NCBI GenBank assembly: GCA_003213715.1
Contig: QCMN01000003.1
Span: 13,057-77,056, forward strand
DNA: 64,000 nucleotides
Source of the DNA: Pelagibacteraceae bacterium AG-422-B15
GTDB lineage: Bacteria; Pseudomonadota; Alphaproteobacteria; Pelagibacterales; AG-422-B15
Direction of reading: 5' to 3'
The notes under the pieces are model-generated. The model made no database searches, had not been told where the DNA came from, and worked only from the letters and a program-made list of their open reading frames with translations. Every line of letters begins with the position of its first letter. Positions within the stretch are counted from its first letter, which is position 1. Both the position numbers and the translations under genes were made by a program. Positions 18,336 through 28,695 of this stretch are shown here, one piece after another.

Positions 18336-19052
18336 TTAGTTAGCGATTACAGAATTCATTCCAACATCAATTTGCTCAGCAAAAGGTCGAACATTTCTGT
18401 AAAACCAGATTGCTTCGTCAATTCCTAGTGCATCAAGATCTTCACCCATTGCCGTTGCACTTTCATTTGTCAAGAACATCATATGCGTAGTGTCTCCTAA
18501 TGATGCTGGGCAAAGCGTACAATTTAAAATACCAAATTGACCTTTCATTCCAGCGTCTTCCAAAACTCCAGCTATCTGTGGAGCTCTATTTAAGAAATTA
18601 AGTAAATCTGTAACATTAATAAATGAGTACCATAAAGTCTGCCCAAGTTGTGCTGGTTGATAATCCACATCAACACCAGGAGGTGTTTCAAATATTGCAT
18701 TACGCGCACTTTCGGCATCAAACTCAAATGGATCAAACCATTGTTGATTAGCTGCAAATATTTCATGTGTTTCCATCATATCACTCGCATTTTCATAAAT
18801 TACAGCAAATGTAAACTGTTCTCTATAGCCGTCACCCCTGATCTTAACATTTAGTGTAAAATCAATCCATTTGGCTCCACCATTAACAGCATTTTCTTTA
18901 AAGCTGTTAAATCCTTCAACCATTTGAGCTCTTTTAGCTTGAGTGTCTACACCGTCTATTGTGTATACATCTAGTACCAATGCCTTACTTGTAGTGATGC
19001 TAAAACCAATAAATGTAAGCGCAATTAAAAGTTGCTTGATAATTTTTTGCAT
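18336..19052 (-). CDS. Secreted hypothetical protein with CxxC (paralogue 1)
   Basis: Signal peptide; CTLC; SD AAGGAG; shares KxRGDG and WxxRNxxP with its neighbour. Confidence 0.8.
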   Translation of the reverse strand: MQKIIKQLLIALTFIGFSITTSKALVLDVYTIDGVDTQAKRAQMVEGFNSFKENAVNGGAKWIDFTLNVKIRGDGYREQFTFAVIYENASDMMETHEIFAANQQWFDPFEFDAESARNAIFETPPGVDVDYQPAQLGQTLWYSFINVTDLLNFLNRAPQIAGVLEDAGMKGQFGILNCTLCPASLGDTTHMMFLTNESATAMGEDLDALGIDEAIWFYRNVRPFAEQIDVGMNSVIAN

Positions 19053-19222
19053 AGAAATCTCCTTTTATTCAATTAAATTGTATGGGAATTAGATAACAAA
19101 AATATGATATATATTATCATTAATAGATAGTTTCATAATTTGGTAACAGTACTAACTATATGTAATCATTAGCATATTCTAAATGGTGTAAAACTAATAA
19201 AAAAATATATATAAATAAATTG

Positions 19223-20167
19223 ATGGATAAAAAATTTACACCATTTTTAAAACCTAATGAAGTTCTTTCAGACGAACAAATTGATCATTTAAGAGAGAAA
19301 AGCGATCTCAAGGGAATTGGATTACTTGCTCATGCTTGGATGATTATCCTTTTATCAGTGTGTATTTTTTCGATATTCCCAAATATATTTACTTTTATTG
19401 CCGCAGTTTTAATCATCGCTGGAAGACAACTTGGTTTAGCAATTTTAATGCATGAGGGAGCACATGGTCTAATTACAAATAATTCAAAATTAAATAATTC
19501 TTTATCACAATGGGTTTGTGCTTTTCCTGTATGGTCTGACACTTATGGCTATCGTCACTATCACCTCGCACATCATAGAAATACTCAATTAGAAGATGAT
19601 CCAGACCTAAGTTTATCAAAACCATTCCCCGTTGAAAAAAAGAGCATGTTAAGAAAAGTACTTAGAGATATTTTTGGCGTTTCAGGTCTTGTTCAAAGAT
19701 ATGAGTTGATTTTTAAAACTTTGCTTAAAAGCGATACAAAAAAGAATGATGGAAAAAAAATTAGTGGCTTTGAATCAAGAAACACTCTTTATGGCATTCT
19801 AATTTCAAATCTAATTATATTTTTAATTTTTTGGCTAATAGGTCAATGGTGGTATTATTTATCATTCTGGTTATTGCCACTATTCACTTTTTTTCAACTA
19901 TTTTTAAGAATAAGAAATATTGCGGAGCATGCTGGGGTAAAATCTGAAAATGATTTTAATAATGCTCGAACAACGTATGCAAATATCATAGAAAGAACCT
20001 TTGTTGCTCCATATTATGTCAATTATCATCTTGAGCATCATTTATTTATGTTTGTTCCGTGCTATAAGCTCAAGAAAGCACATGAAATGATATTAGAGAA
20101 ACATACAAATGAAGGTCTAGAAATTAAAAGTAGTTATGTTTCTATGCTACGTTCTGTATTAATTTAA
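19223..20167 (+). CDS. Membrane fatty acid desaturase family protein
   Basis: His boxes HEGAH, HLAHH and HLEHH. Confidence 0.88.
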   Translation: MDKKFTPFLKPNEVLSDEQIDHLREKSDLKGIGLLAHAWMIILLSVCIFSIFPNIFTFIAAVLIIAGRQLGLAILMHEGAHGLITNNSKLNNSLSQWVCAFPVWSDTYGYRHYHLAHHRNTQLEDDPDLSLSKPFPVEKKSMLRKVLRDIFGVSGLVQRYELIFKTLLKSDTKKNDGKKISGFESRNTLYGILISNLIIFLIFWLIGQWWYYLSFWLLPLFTFFQLFLRIRNIAEHAGVKSENDFNNARTTYANIIERTFVAPYYVNYHLEHHLFMFVPCYKLKKAHEMILEKHTNEGLEIKSSYVSMLRSVLI

Positions 20168-20180
20168 ATTATTTAGTTAA

Positions 20181-20657
20181 ATGACTGCTGATTTTGAGGA
20201 AAACATTCTAAAAAAAGCATTTGGTTCGTTTGCAACAGGAGTTGCAGTGGCTACATCTCATAAAAGTGGCTTTACAATCAACTCATTTGCATCTTTAAGC
20301 TTAAAGCCACCATTGATTATATTTAATATTTATAAGTCTGAAACTGACCACGTAGACTTTTTAAAAAATAATTCATTTGTAATTAATTTTCTTTCAAATG
20401 AACAAGAAGAAATATCACGTTTATTCGCAACTAAAGACCCTGAAAAAGTGAGTAAAACAAACCATACTATATCATCAAGTAATAATATCATTCTTGATAA
20501 CACTTTAGGTTACATTGAGTTATCAGTTTATCAACAAATTGATATTGCTGATCACGTTTTAGTCATAGGTAAAGTTGAAGATTTAAAAATTGATGATAAT
20601 AGAAATCCGCTTATTTATTATAGAAGCAATTATCAAACCTTAAAAAATGACAAATAA
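20181..20657 (+). CDS. Flavin reductase family protein
   Basis: FATGV, TINSFASLSLKPPL and DH...G..PLIY motifs. Confidence 0.9.
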   Translation: MTADFEENILKKAFGSFATGVAVATSHKSGFTINSFASLSLKPPLIIFNIYKSETDHVDFLKNNSFVINFLSNEQEEISRLFATKDPEKVSKTNHTISSSNNIILDNTLGYIELSVYQQIDIADHVLVIGKVEDLKIDDNRNPLIYYRSNYQTLKNDK

Positions 20658-20823
20658 AAAGCATTTATTAATTATCATTCCAATGTTTATTCTATTGGGA
20701 CTTGCAACACTAAGTTTGTTAGAAAAAGATATTGAAAAAGAAGTCTTAAATGAAAGTTCAGGGTGTAGTAGCTGTAGCGGTCCAAAAGCATTTAAAGCAA
20801 AAAATAAGTCAAACGATAATTAA
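20647..20823 (+). CDS. Membrane-anchored microprotein with CSSC motif (58 aa), not in ORF track
   Basis: MTNKKHLLIIIPMFILLGLATLSLLEKDIEKEVLNESSGCSSCSGPKAFKAKNKSNDN; overlaps the flavin reductase stop and fills the gap to the next gene. Confidence 0.6.
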   Translation: MTNKKHLLIIIPMFILLGLATLSLLEKDIEKEVLNESSGCSSCSGPKAFKAKNKSNDN

Positions 20824-21215
20824 GAGGAAACCTCTCCAAAATCATTACTGCCTTCACTTCCTTTTAAGCACATAAAAAAAATAATAGTAATTATTCCAAT
20901 AAAAGGAACCAGTACAATTAAGAGCCACCAACCTGAACGATTTACATCATGAAGTCTTCTTACGTATAGTGCGAAACTTGGAACAATAAAAAGAAAATAT
21001 AAAAAAATATACATGGGCCCAAGCATTATCGACTCAGATGAATTGGCTAATTGAATACCGATTAGTTGTAATTGAAAGAATATATCAAGCTGCAATCCAA
21101 CAAAACCAACAGCTGTTGTAAACAAGTAAAAATACCAAAACTCAGCTCTGTTTGCTCTTGTCTTAAAATCAAAACATTTTACGAAAGCATTGTTTATTGA
21201 TTTAAAAAAACTCAT
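20820..21215 (-). CDS. DUF805 family membrane protein
   Basis: RANRAEFWYF and VRRLHDVNRSGWW motifs. Confidence 0.92.
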   Translation of the reverse strand: MSFFKSINNAFVKCFDFKTRANRAEFWYFYLFTTAVGFVGLQLDIFFQLQLIGIQLANSSESIMLGPMYIFLYFLFIVPSFALYVRRLHDVNRSGWWLLIVLVPFIGIITIIFFMCLKGSEGSNDFGEVSS

Positions 21216-21275
21216 AATGTATTAGACAATTTAATTATTTAACTAATTATAATAAAAATAGATATAATCATTCAA

Positions 21276-23063
21276 ATGTCAAAAAAACTTAGAATTGGTG
21301 GTGCAAGTGGATTTTGGGGCGATTCCGTTATTGCAACACCTCAATTGTTGGATGGAAATGATCTAGACTTTATTGTTTATGATTATTTGGCAGAAATCAC
21401 AATGTCAATTATGGCAAGGGCTAGAGCAAAAGATGCCACAAAAGGCTATGCCGTAGACTTTGTATCAAGTGTATTGAAGTTAAATTTGCGACAAATAGCT
21501 GATCAAAAAATAAAAATTCTTAGCAATGCTGGAGGCGTAAATCCTGAAGCATGTGCTGAAGCCATTAGAGAATTAATTAAAGAACTTAAATTGGATTTAA
21601 AAGTTTCAGTTGTATTAGGCGATGATTTAATTAGTCAAAAGAATAAATTTTCAGAGTTGAATACAAAGGAAATGTATTCAAATGAAACTTTTCCGGCGGA
21701 GGACAAAATAGCAAGTATAAATGCGTACCTTGGTGCATTTCCAATAGCTGAGGCTCTTAATAGTGGCGCTGATATAGTTATTACTGGAAGAAGTGTTGAT
21801 AGCGCAGTTACATTAGGCGCATGTATTTATACATTCGGATGGAATGAAAATGAATTTGATAAACTGGCTGCGGGCAGTCTAGCTGGTCACATAATTGAAT
21901 GTGGAACACAAAGTACTGGAGGTAATTTTACCGATTGGCAATTAGTATCAAAAGACTTGCATCAAATAGGCTATCCAATTGTGGAAGTTTCAGAAGATGG
22001 TAGTTTCGATTGCACTAAGTCAAAAAATTCTACTGGCATGGTAAGTTTCGGAACTATTGCTGAACAGATGCTTTATGAAATAGGTGATCCTCAAGCATAT
22101 ATATTACCAGATGTTATTTGTGACTTTTCAAATGTTAAAATTGAAGAAACAGATAAAGACAAAGTAAAAGTCTCAGGAGCAAAAGGTTATCCTGCTCCTA
22201 ATCAATATAAAGTTTGTGCAACATACGCTGATGGTTTTAGGGCAGGTCATGTCTGTTCATTTGTTGGTATAGATGCTGCAAAAAAAGCTCGTACATATGG
22301 AGAAGCAATATTTGAGCGTTCAAAAATGATAATGCGCATGATGAATATTGCCGATTTTGATGAAACGAGTATTGAGATTATTGGAGATAACAGTCAATAC
22401 AGCAAGAAATCATCAAATGAAAATAACCGCGAAGTGGTTCTTAAATTTGCTGCTAAACACCAAGATATTAGAGCGGTAGGTATTATGCTTAAAGAGTCTG
22501 TTGGTTTAGGTCTTGCAACCCCTCCAGGTTTGTCTGGTTTTGTTGGAGGGCGGCCAAAACCGTCACCAATTGTAAGGTTGTTTTCATTTTTAATTGATAA
22601 GGATCAAGTGAATGTAACAATAGATAATGGTTCTTCAAATAGTGAGATAAAGATACCACAATCTGAAGAATTTGACTTGAACAGTATTGAAAAAACAACA
22701 GCTCCTAATTTTGATTATGCAAATGAAAAGTTTGTTGATGTGCCGCTTATTAAAGTTGCTTACGGACGAAGTGGCGATAAAGGCAATAAAGCAAACATTG
22801 GCATAATTGCAAGAGATCCAAAGTTTTATCCAGCAATATGCAATTTCCTTGATGAAAAAGCTGTTAAGGATTGTTTTACTGATTTTCTTGAAGGATCTGT
22901 TGAGAGATACTTTTTACCAGGCTCAAATTCTATAAATTTCATTTTAAATGATGTTCTTGGCGGTGGCGGGCCAGCAAGTCTTAGAAACGATCCTCAAGGC
23001 AAAGCCTATGCGCAAATACTTCTTGATCAAGTGATACCAATACCAGAAAAGTTATTGGGCTAA
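21276..23063 (+). CDS. atuA: Acyclic terpene utilization AtuA family protein (DUF1446)
   Basis: GGASGFWGD, DYLAEITMS, AGHIIECG and RSGDKG motifs. Confidence 0.9.
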   Translation: MSKKLRIGGASGFWGDSVIATPQLLDGNDLDFIVYDYLAEITMSIMARARAKDATKGYAVDFVSSVLKLNLRQIADQKIKILSNAGGVNPEACAEAIRELIKELKLDLKVSVVLGDDLISQKNKFSELNTKEMYSNETFPAEDKIASINAYLGAFPIAEALNSGADIVITGRSVDSAVTLGACIYTFGWNENEFDKLAAGSLAGHIIECGTQSTGGNFTDWQLVSKDLHQIGYPIVEVSEDGSFDCTKSKNSTGMVSFGTIAEQMLYEIGDPQAYILPDVICDFSNVKIEETDKDKVKVSGAKGYPAPNQYKVCATYADGFRAGHVCSFVGIDAAKKARTYGEAIFERSKMIMRMMNIADFDETSIEIIGDNSQYSKKSSNENNREVVLKFAAKHQDIRAVGIMLKESVGLGLATPPGLSGFVGGRPKPSPIVRLFSFLIDKDQVNVTIDNGSSNSEIKIPQSEEFDLNSIEKTTAPNFDYANEKFVDVPLIKVAYGRSGDKGNKANIGIIARDPKFYPAICNFLDEKAVKDCFTDFLEGSVERYFLPGSNSINFILNDVLGGGGPASLRNDPQGKAYAQILLDQVIPIPEKLLG

Positions 23064-23115
23064 AATATTGAATAATTTAATTAACATAATTGTTGGTAAG
23101 ATATAAAAGTAAATT

Positions 23116-23889
23116 ATGTCAAATCCTTTATTAAGTGTTGAAAATATTGAAACTTATTATGGGCCAATCATGGCCATTAGAGGTATTAGTTTCAAAGTTA
23201 ATCAGGGTTCTATAGTAACGATCCTTGGATCTAATGGAGCAGGGAAAACAACAATTCTCAAAACTATATCGGGAGCAATTGATCCTAGAAAAGGAAAGGT
23301 CTATTTAAACGGAAGTGAAATTCAAAAAAAAGATCCTGATAAAATATTAAGACTAGGAATGAGCCATGCGCCTGAAGGTAGAGAGGTATTTCCATATTGT
23401 TCTGTAATAGAAAATCTTCAAATGGGTGCTTTTACACGATCAGACAAGAAAGAAATAAATAAAGATATTGAACAAGTTTTTGAATATTTTCCAATACTAA
23501 ATGAAAGGATGAACCAACCAGCTGGCTTATTATCAGGTGGAGAACAGCAAATGTTATGTATCAGTCGAGCTCTCATGAGTAAGCCAGAAATTATGCTTTT
23601 AGATGAGCCGTCATTAGGGTTGTCACCTAAGCTTGTTAAGGAAATATTTGAAATTATCATTAGAATTAATAAAGAATTAAAAACGACAATACTTTTAGTT
23701 GAGCAAAACGCTAATATTGCACTTAGTAATTCCGATTTTGGCTATGTATTAGAACTTGGTCGAATTGTAATGGAAGGAAACAGTAAAGAGCTTTTGGAAA
23801 AAGAAGATATCAAAGAATTTTATCTTGGACAGCAAGATGAAGGTATAAGAGGAGAGAGACGTTGGAAAAAGAAAAAAATGTGGAGATAA
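23116..23889 (+). CDS. Branched-chain-type ABC transporter ATPase (LivF-like)
   Basis: GSNGAGKT, LSGGEQQM, DEPSLGL and LVEQN motifs. Confidence 0.92.
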   Translation: MSNPLLSVENIETYYGPIMAIRGISFKVNQGSIVTILGSNGAGKTTILKTISGAIDPRKGKVYLNGSEIQKKDPDKILRLGMSHAPEGREVFPYCSVIENLQMGAFTRSDKKEINKDIEQVFEYFPILNERMNQPAGLLSGGEQQMLCISRALMSKPEIMLLDEPSLGLSPKLVKEIFEIIIRINKELKTTILLVEQNANIALSNSDFGYVLELGRIVMEGNSKELLEKEDIKEFYLGQQDEGIRGERRWKKKKMWR

Positions 23890-25685
23890 ATACAATTCCA
23901 AGACTTTTTTGGGACTCAGTTAATTCTCGTAGAGAAAGAGTTGCCATGCGAGAAAAAGATCTTGGAATTTGGCAAGAAATTTCATGGTCTCACTATGGAG
24001 AAAAGGCAAAACTAACTGGCCTTGCTCTCCATACTCTAGGACTAGAAAAAGGCAATGTGGTTTCAATTGCAAGCGAAGGAAACCCCGAGTGGCTTTACAC
24101 TGATATGGGCACAATCGGTGCTGGAGGAATTTCCAGTGGAGTATATACAACAGACTCGGCTGCACAGGTTAAGTATTTAGTAAACGACAGTGCGACAAAA
24201 TTTTATTTTGTAGAAAATGAAGAACAACTTGATAAAATTTTAGAAGTAAGAGGTGAGTGTCCTACATTAAAACAAATTATTGTCTACGATATGGAAGGGT
24301 TAAGTGACTTTCATGATGACCAAGTTATTAGTTATGAAGAATTTTTAAAAGTTGGTGAAAAAACCGATCATGAAAACCCTGATCTTTGGGAGAGTTTAGT
24401 TAATAGTGTAAGTCCTGAGGACATTGCAATTTTAGTATATACATCTGGTACAACAGGGCCTTCGAAAGGCGCAATGATTAATCATACAAACTTGCTTTAT
24501 TCTATTAATACTGGATATGATATCTTTGATGTTATGGAACACGAGGAACAATTATCGTTTCTCCCATTATGCCATATATTAGAGCGATCAGTCTCAGTTA
24601 TGATACCTCTAAAAACAGGAGCAGTAGTCAATTTTGCTGAAAGTATTGATACGGTACCTGAAAATATTCGAGAGGTATCTCCGACAGTGTTTATTGCAGT
24701 TCCAAGGATTTGGGAAAAGTTTTATTCATCGATCACAATTTTGATGAAAGATGCAACTTTCATTGGCAAGTTCCTCTATCAATTCTCAATAAATGTTGGC
24801 TCTCAATATAAAGAGTACTTTATTGATGGAAAAGAACCTCCTTTATCATTGAAATTATCATATTGGATATGCAATCAACTGGTTTTAAAAAATATAAAAA
24901 AACTTCTAGGTTTGAATAACTGTCGTTACGCACTAAGTGGAGCTGCGCCTATATCTCCTGATTTAATAAATTGGTATCTTTCTCTTGGTATAGATATGAG
25001 AGAAGGATGGGGTATGACAGAAACAGCTGGAGTTGGAACTGCATTTTACTCCAGAGAAATAAAACTGGGACATGTTGGCCGAGCCGTTAATGATTCTGAG
25101 GTCAGGATTGCGCAGGATGGAGAAATTTTATTTAAAGGTCCAGGTGTGTTTTGTGGTTATTTAAATAAACCTGAACAAACAAAAGAAACGCTTATTGATG
25201 GATGGCTACATACAGGAGATGTTGGTGAAATTGATAACTATGGAAATTTAAAAATTACAGACAGAAAAAAAGACATAATCATTACAGCCGGTGGAAAAAA
25301 TATCTCTCCCTCGGAAATAGAAAATGAATTAAAATTTAGTCCATTCATATCAGATGCTGTTGTAATTGGTGATAAAAGAAAGTTTTTGTCATGTCTAATA
25401 ATGATAGATGAAGAAAATGTGATGAAACACGCTCAAGACAATGACATACCATTTTCTAATTTTGAAAGTCTCTGTAAATCAGAGGAAATAGTTGCCTTGA
25501 TTGATAATGAGGTTAATAAAGTAAATAAAAAATTCGCTTCAGTAGAACAAGTAAAAAAATTCTCATTAATTGATATACAATTAACAGCTGAAGACGATGA
25601 GCTCACTCCGACCATGAAGCTGAAACGCAAATTTATAAATCAAAAATACGGCGATATCATTGAAAGCATGTATCAATCTGCTTGA
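23862..25685 (+). CDS. Long-chain acyl-CoA synthetase (AMP-binding); start may be the GTG at 23880
   Basis: YTSGTTGPSKG, GWGMTE and GWLHTGDVG motifs. Confidence 0.92.
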   Translation: MEKEKNVEINTIPRLFWDSVNSRRERVAMREKDLGIWQEISWSHYGEKAKLTGLALHTLGLEKGNVVSIASEGNPEWLYTDMGTIGAGGISSGVYTTDSAAQVKYLVNDSATKFYFVENEEQLDKILEVRGECPTLKQIIVYDMEGLSDFHDDQVISYEEFLKVGEKTDHENPDLWESLVNSVSPEDIAILVYTSGTTGPSKGAMINHTNLLYSINTGYDIFDVMEHEEQLSFLPLCHILERSVSVMIPLKTGAVVNFAESIDTVPENIREVSPTVFIAVPRIWEKFYSSITILMKDATFIGKFLYQFSINVGSQYKEYFIDGKEPPLSLKLSYWICNQLVLKNIKKLLGLNNCRYALSGAAPISPDLINWYLSLGIDMREGWGMTETAGVGTAFYSREIKLGHVGRAVNDSEVRIAQDGEILFKGPGVFCGYLNKPEQTKETLIDGWLHTGDVGEIDNYGNLKITDRKKDIIITAGGKNISPSEIENELKFSPFISDAVVIGDKRKFLSCLIMIDEENVMKHAQDNDIPFSNFESLCKSEEIVALIDNEVNKVNKKFASVEQVKKFSLIDIQLTAEDDELTPTMKLKRKFINQKYGDIIESMYQSA

Positions 25686-25736
25686 TTTTCCTCTGTGAAA
25701 TAATAAGATTTCCTTTTAAATTCAAGAGGACAAACG

Positions 25737-26909
25737 ATGATTAGTAAGCGGTTTTCAATTTTTACAATTTTTTTGGCACTTTTTTTAACGATTGGTCACA
25801 ATTCTTATTCTCAAGGTGTTACAGACGATGAAATCATTCTTGGCATGCATACAGATATAAGTGGTCCAGTTTCTTCATTTGGAAAATATTCAGTTGAAGG
25901 TGTTCAAATGAGAATTGATGAGATTAATAAAGCTGGAGGCATTCATGGAAGAATGCTGAAAATCATTGCAGAAGATCATCAATACCAAGTTCCTCGTGCA
26001 GTCCAGGCAGCTAACAAGCTTCTGAATAAAGATAAAATATTTCTTATGGTTGCAAGTTTAGGTACTCCTATGAATAATGCCGTGTTTGAAGCTCAAGAAA
26101 AAAAAGATATACCGAATTTGTTTCCTCTATCATCAGCAAGATCAATGACTGATCCTTTACATCGTTTAAAATTTGGAGCTCTTTCAAGTTATTATGATCA
26201 AATCAGAGCTGGTGTTAAGTGGGCAATCAATGAGAGAGGCAAAAATAAAATTTGTGTTCTTTATCAGGATAATGATTTTGGACAAGAAACATATGAAGCG
26301 ACTTTAGACCAACTAAGCGAAATGGGTTTAGAGTTACATGAAAAAGCAACCAATAAGCCAACTGATACAGACTTAACTTCTCAGATTACAAAATTAAAAA
26401 ATGCAGGCTGTGAAGCAGTTGCAATGGGAACAATTGTAAAGGATACAATTCTTGGTTATACAAAAGCTAGGCAGATGAAATGGGATGCATTATTTTTTGG
26501 TCAGGTTGCAAGTTTTCACCCTGTTATAGCATCGCAACCTGATGGAGTTACAGATGGTTTTTATACATTTGCTCAATTTGATACTCCAAGTAAAGCAAAT
26601 TGTACTCCTGAAATTTGTGATTGGATTGATACCTATGAGTCGACTTTTGGAAACTTACCAAATATAGGTTCAGCTTATGGTTATATGTACATGGATATAA
26701 CTGCTAGAGCATTAGAAATTGCTGGCCGTGACTTAACAACAGATGGTTTCCTAAATGCATTAGAAAGTATAAATAATTATAAAATACCTTTTGGCGACAC
26801 AGTACTTTCTTGGTCTCCAGAGAAACATTTAGGTGCAAATGTTGCTTACTTATTTGAAGTTCAAAATGGTACTTTTATCCAAACGGATAATAAAGAATAT
26901 ACATACTAA
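25737..26909 (+). CDS. ABC substrate-binding protein, LivJ/K-like (copy 1)
   Basis: Signal peptide; GVTDDEI and GGIHGR motifs. Confidence 0.9.
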   Translation: MISKRFSIFTIFLALFLTIGHNSYSQGVTDDEIILGMHTDISGPVSSFGKYSVEGVQMRIDEINKAGGIHGRMLKIIAEDHQYQVPRAVQAANKLLNKDKIFLMVASLGTPMNNAVFEAQEKKDIPNLFPLSSARSMTDPLHRLKFGALSSYYDQIRAGVKWAINERGKNKICVLYQDNDFGQETYEATLDQLSEMGLELHEKATNKPTDTDLTSQITKLKNAGCEAVAMGTIVKDTILGYTKARQMKWDALFFGQVASFHPVIASQPDGVTDGFYTFAQFDTPSKANCTPEICDWIDTYESTFGNLPNIGSAYGYMYMDITARALEIAGRDLTTDGFLNALESINNYKIPFGDTVLSWSPEKHLGANVAYLFEVQNGTFIQTDNKEYTY

Positions 26910-28067
26910 ATGAAAATTTTTGTTTATTTATTTCTTTCATTATTTGTCTCTGGCTTATCGTTTGCTGACCAAGGGATTACAGAAGATGAGATCTTAATTG
27001 GAATGCACACTGATCTAAGTGGACCTGCCTCTATGATTGGAAAACAAAGTGTTGACGGTGTAAACATGCGAATTGATGAATTTAATCAAGCGGGTGGAGC
27101 TCATGGCAGAACAATAAAATTTATTGTCGAAGACCATCAATATACTGTCCCAAGAGCGGTTCAAGCGGCCAATAAACTGTTAAGAAAAGATAAAATTGGC
27201 TTTATGTTGGGCTCTCTTGGTACGCCAATGAATAATGCAGTGATGTCTGATCAAATAGCAATGAATATACCAAGTTTATTTCCTCTTACAGCTGCACGAT
27301 CAATGTTTGAACCCTACGATCGTTTGAAGTTTACATCAGGTTCAACATATTATGATCAGATCAGAACAGGATTGAAATATCTTATTGAGAATAACAATAG
27401 AAAGTCAGTATGTGTTTTGTATGAAGATACTGACTTTGGACAGGAAATTGTTGATGCTGTAGATGATCAACTTGCAGCAATGAATATGACATTAGTTGAG
27501 AGTGCGTCAGCAAAGCCCACGGATACTGATTTCACTGCTCAAATAAAAAAACTTTATAATGCAGGATGCGATTTAGTGGCTATGGGAACAATTGTTCGAA
27601 CAACAATATTGCCTTTTATGAAAGCAAAGGAAATAAACTGGACAGATGTTGATTTTGTGACAACTTCAGCAAGTTATTACACAGTTGTGGCAGAACAACC
27701 CAATGGAGTAATGAATGGACTGTACTGTTTAAATTCTGTCGTATTTCCTTATTACGATACGGCTAATGAAATTGAAAAAAGATGGTGGGATAAATTTAAA
27801 TCTATTTATGCAACAGAACCTAATACTGGAGCCATCTATGGATATATTTTTGCTGACATAGTTGTTGAAGCTATCCAAAGAGCAGGAAAAGATTTAACAG
27901 TTGATAGCTTTGTTGAGGCAATGGAAACTCTTAAAGATTACGAGGACCCACTAAAACTTGGCTCGGTAACGTTTAATTCAGATCAAAGACAAGGAAGTAA
28001 TATTTCTTATTTCTTTAAAGTTCAAAATGAAAGATTTGAAGTAATTTCTGGACCAATTAACTACTAA
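26910..28067 (+). CDS. ABC substrate-binding protein, LivJ/K-like (copy 2)
   Basis: Paralogue of the previous gene (EDHQYxVPRAVQAANKLL, SLGTPMNNAV). Confidence 0.9.
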   Translation: MKIFVYLFLSLFVSGLSFADQGITEDEILIGMHTDLSGPASMIGKQSVDGVNMRIDEFNQAGGAHGRTIKFIVEDHQYTVPRAVQAANKLLRKDKIGFMLGSLGTPMNNAVMSDQIAMNIPSLFPLTAARSMFEPYDRLKFTSGSTYYDQIRTGLKYLIENNNRKSVCVLYEDTDFGQEIVDAVDDQLAAMNMTLVESASAKPTDTDFTAQIKKLYNAGCDLVAMGTIVRTTILPFMKAKEINWTDVDFVTTSASYYTVVAEQPNGVMNGLYCLNSVVFPYYDTANEIEKRWWDKFKSIYATEPNTGAIYGYIFADIVVEAIQRAGKDLTVDSFVEAMETLKDYEDPLKLGSVTFNSDQRQGSNISYFFKVQNERFEVISGPINY

Positions 28068-28080
28068 TTACGGTATTAAC

Positions 28081-28695
28081 TTGATAAAGAGCGCTGTCTT
28101 AATTGCAAATGGAAATGTTTCAAAAACAAATTACGTTAAAAAGGTAATAGATAGTAACGATTACTTTATTAGTATTGATGCTAAATCAGAAAATTTAAAA
28201 GAATTAGGAGTCCAACCTAATCTAATTTTAGGTGACCTTGATTCCGCTGCAATTGATGATCTTGATAGTAAAATAGAAGTTGTTGAATTATCCGATCAGA
28301 GCAAGACTGATTTAGAAAAATCGCTAGATTATTGTAAGGAGAATAGTATTAAAAAAGTTGTGATATTAGGAAGTACTGGTTTGAGGGAAGATCATTCAAT
28401 AGCAAATGTTCTAATAGCCAGTACTTACTCAGATATTTTGCAAATTGAACTGATAACAAATTTTTATCGAATAATCTTTGTGAGAGAATATACAAAAATA
28501 AACGCTCATAATGAGCCGGTATCTATTATTTCATTGTCGTCAGATAATAAAATTACAACAAGAGGATTAAAATATGATTTGAATAACGAAAAATTGAAAT
28601 CTTTTTCTCATGGCATAAGTAACGAAGTAAATGGAGATAGCTTTACAGTGAAAGCTGAAAGTACAATTGTTGTTTTTATAGGAATTCAGCAGTGA
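28081..28695 (+). CDS. thiN: Thiamine diphosphokinase
   Basis: GDLDS, DQSKTDLEK, GLREDHSIAN, GLKY and GISNE motifs. Confidence 0.88.
   Translation: MIKSAVLIANGNVSKTNYVKKVIDSNDYFISIDAKSENLKELGVQPNLILGDLDSAAIDDLDSKIEVVELSDQSKTDLEKSLDYCKENSIKKVVILGSTGLREDHSIANVLIASTYSDILQIELITNFYRIIFVREYTKINAHNEPVSIISLSSDNKITTRGLKYDLNNEKLKSFSHGISNEVNGDSFTVKAESTIVVFIGIQQ

Noticed and set aside
17609-19052. c-type cytochrome assignment for the CxxC proteins
   Set aside because: The motifs are CATCG and CTLCP, lacking the His of CxxCH.
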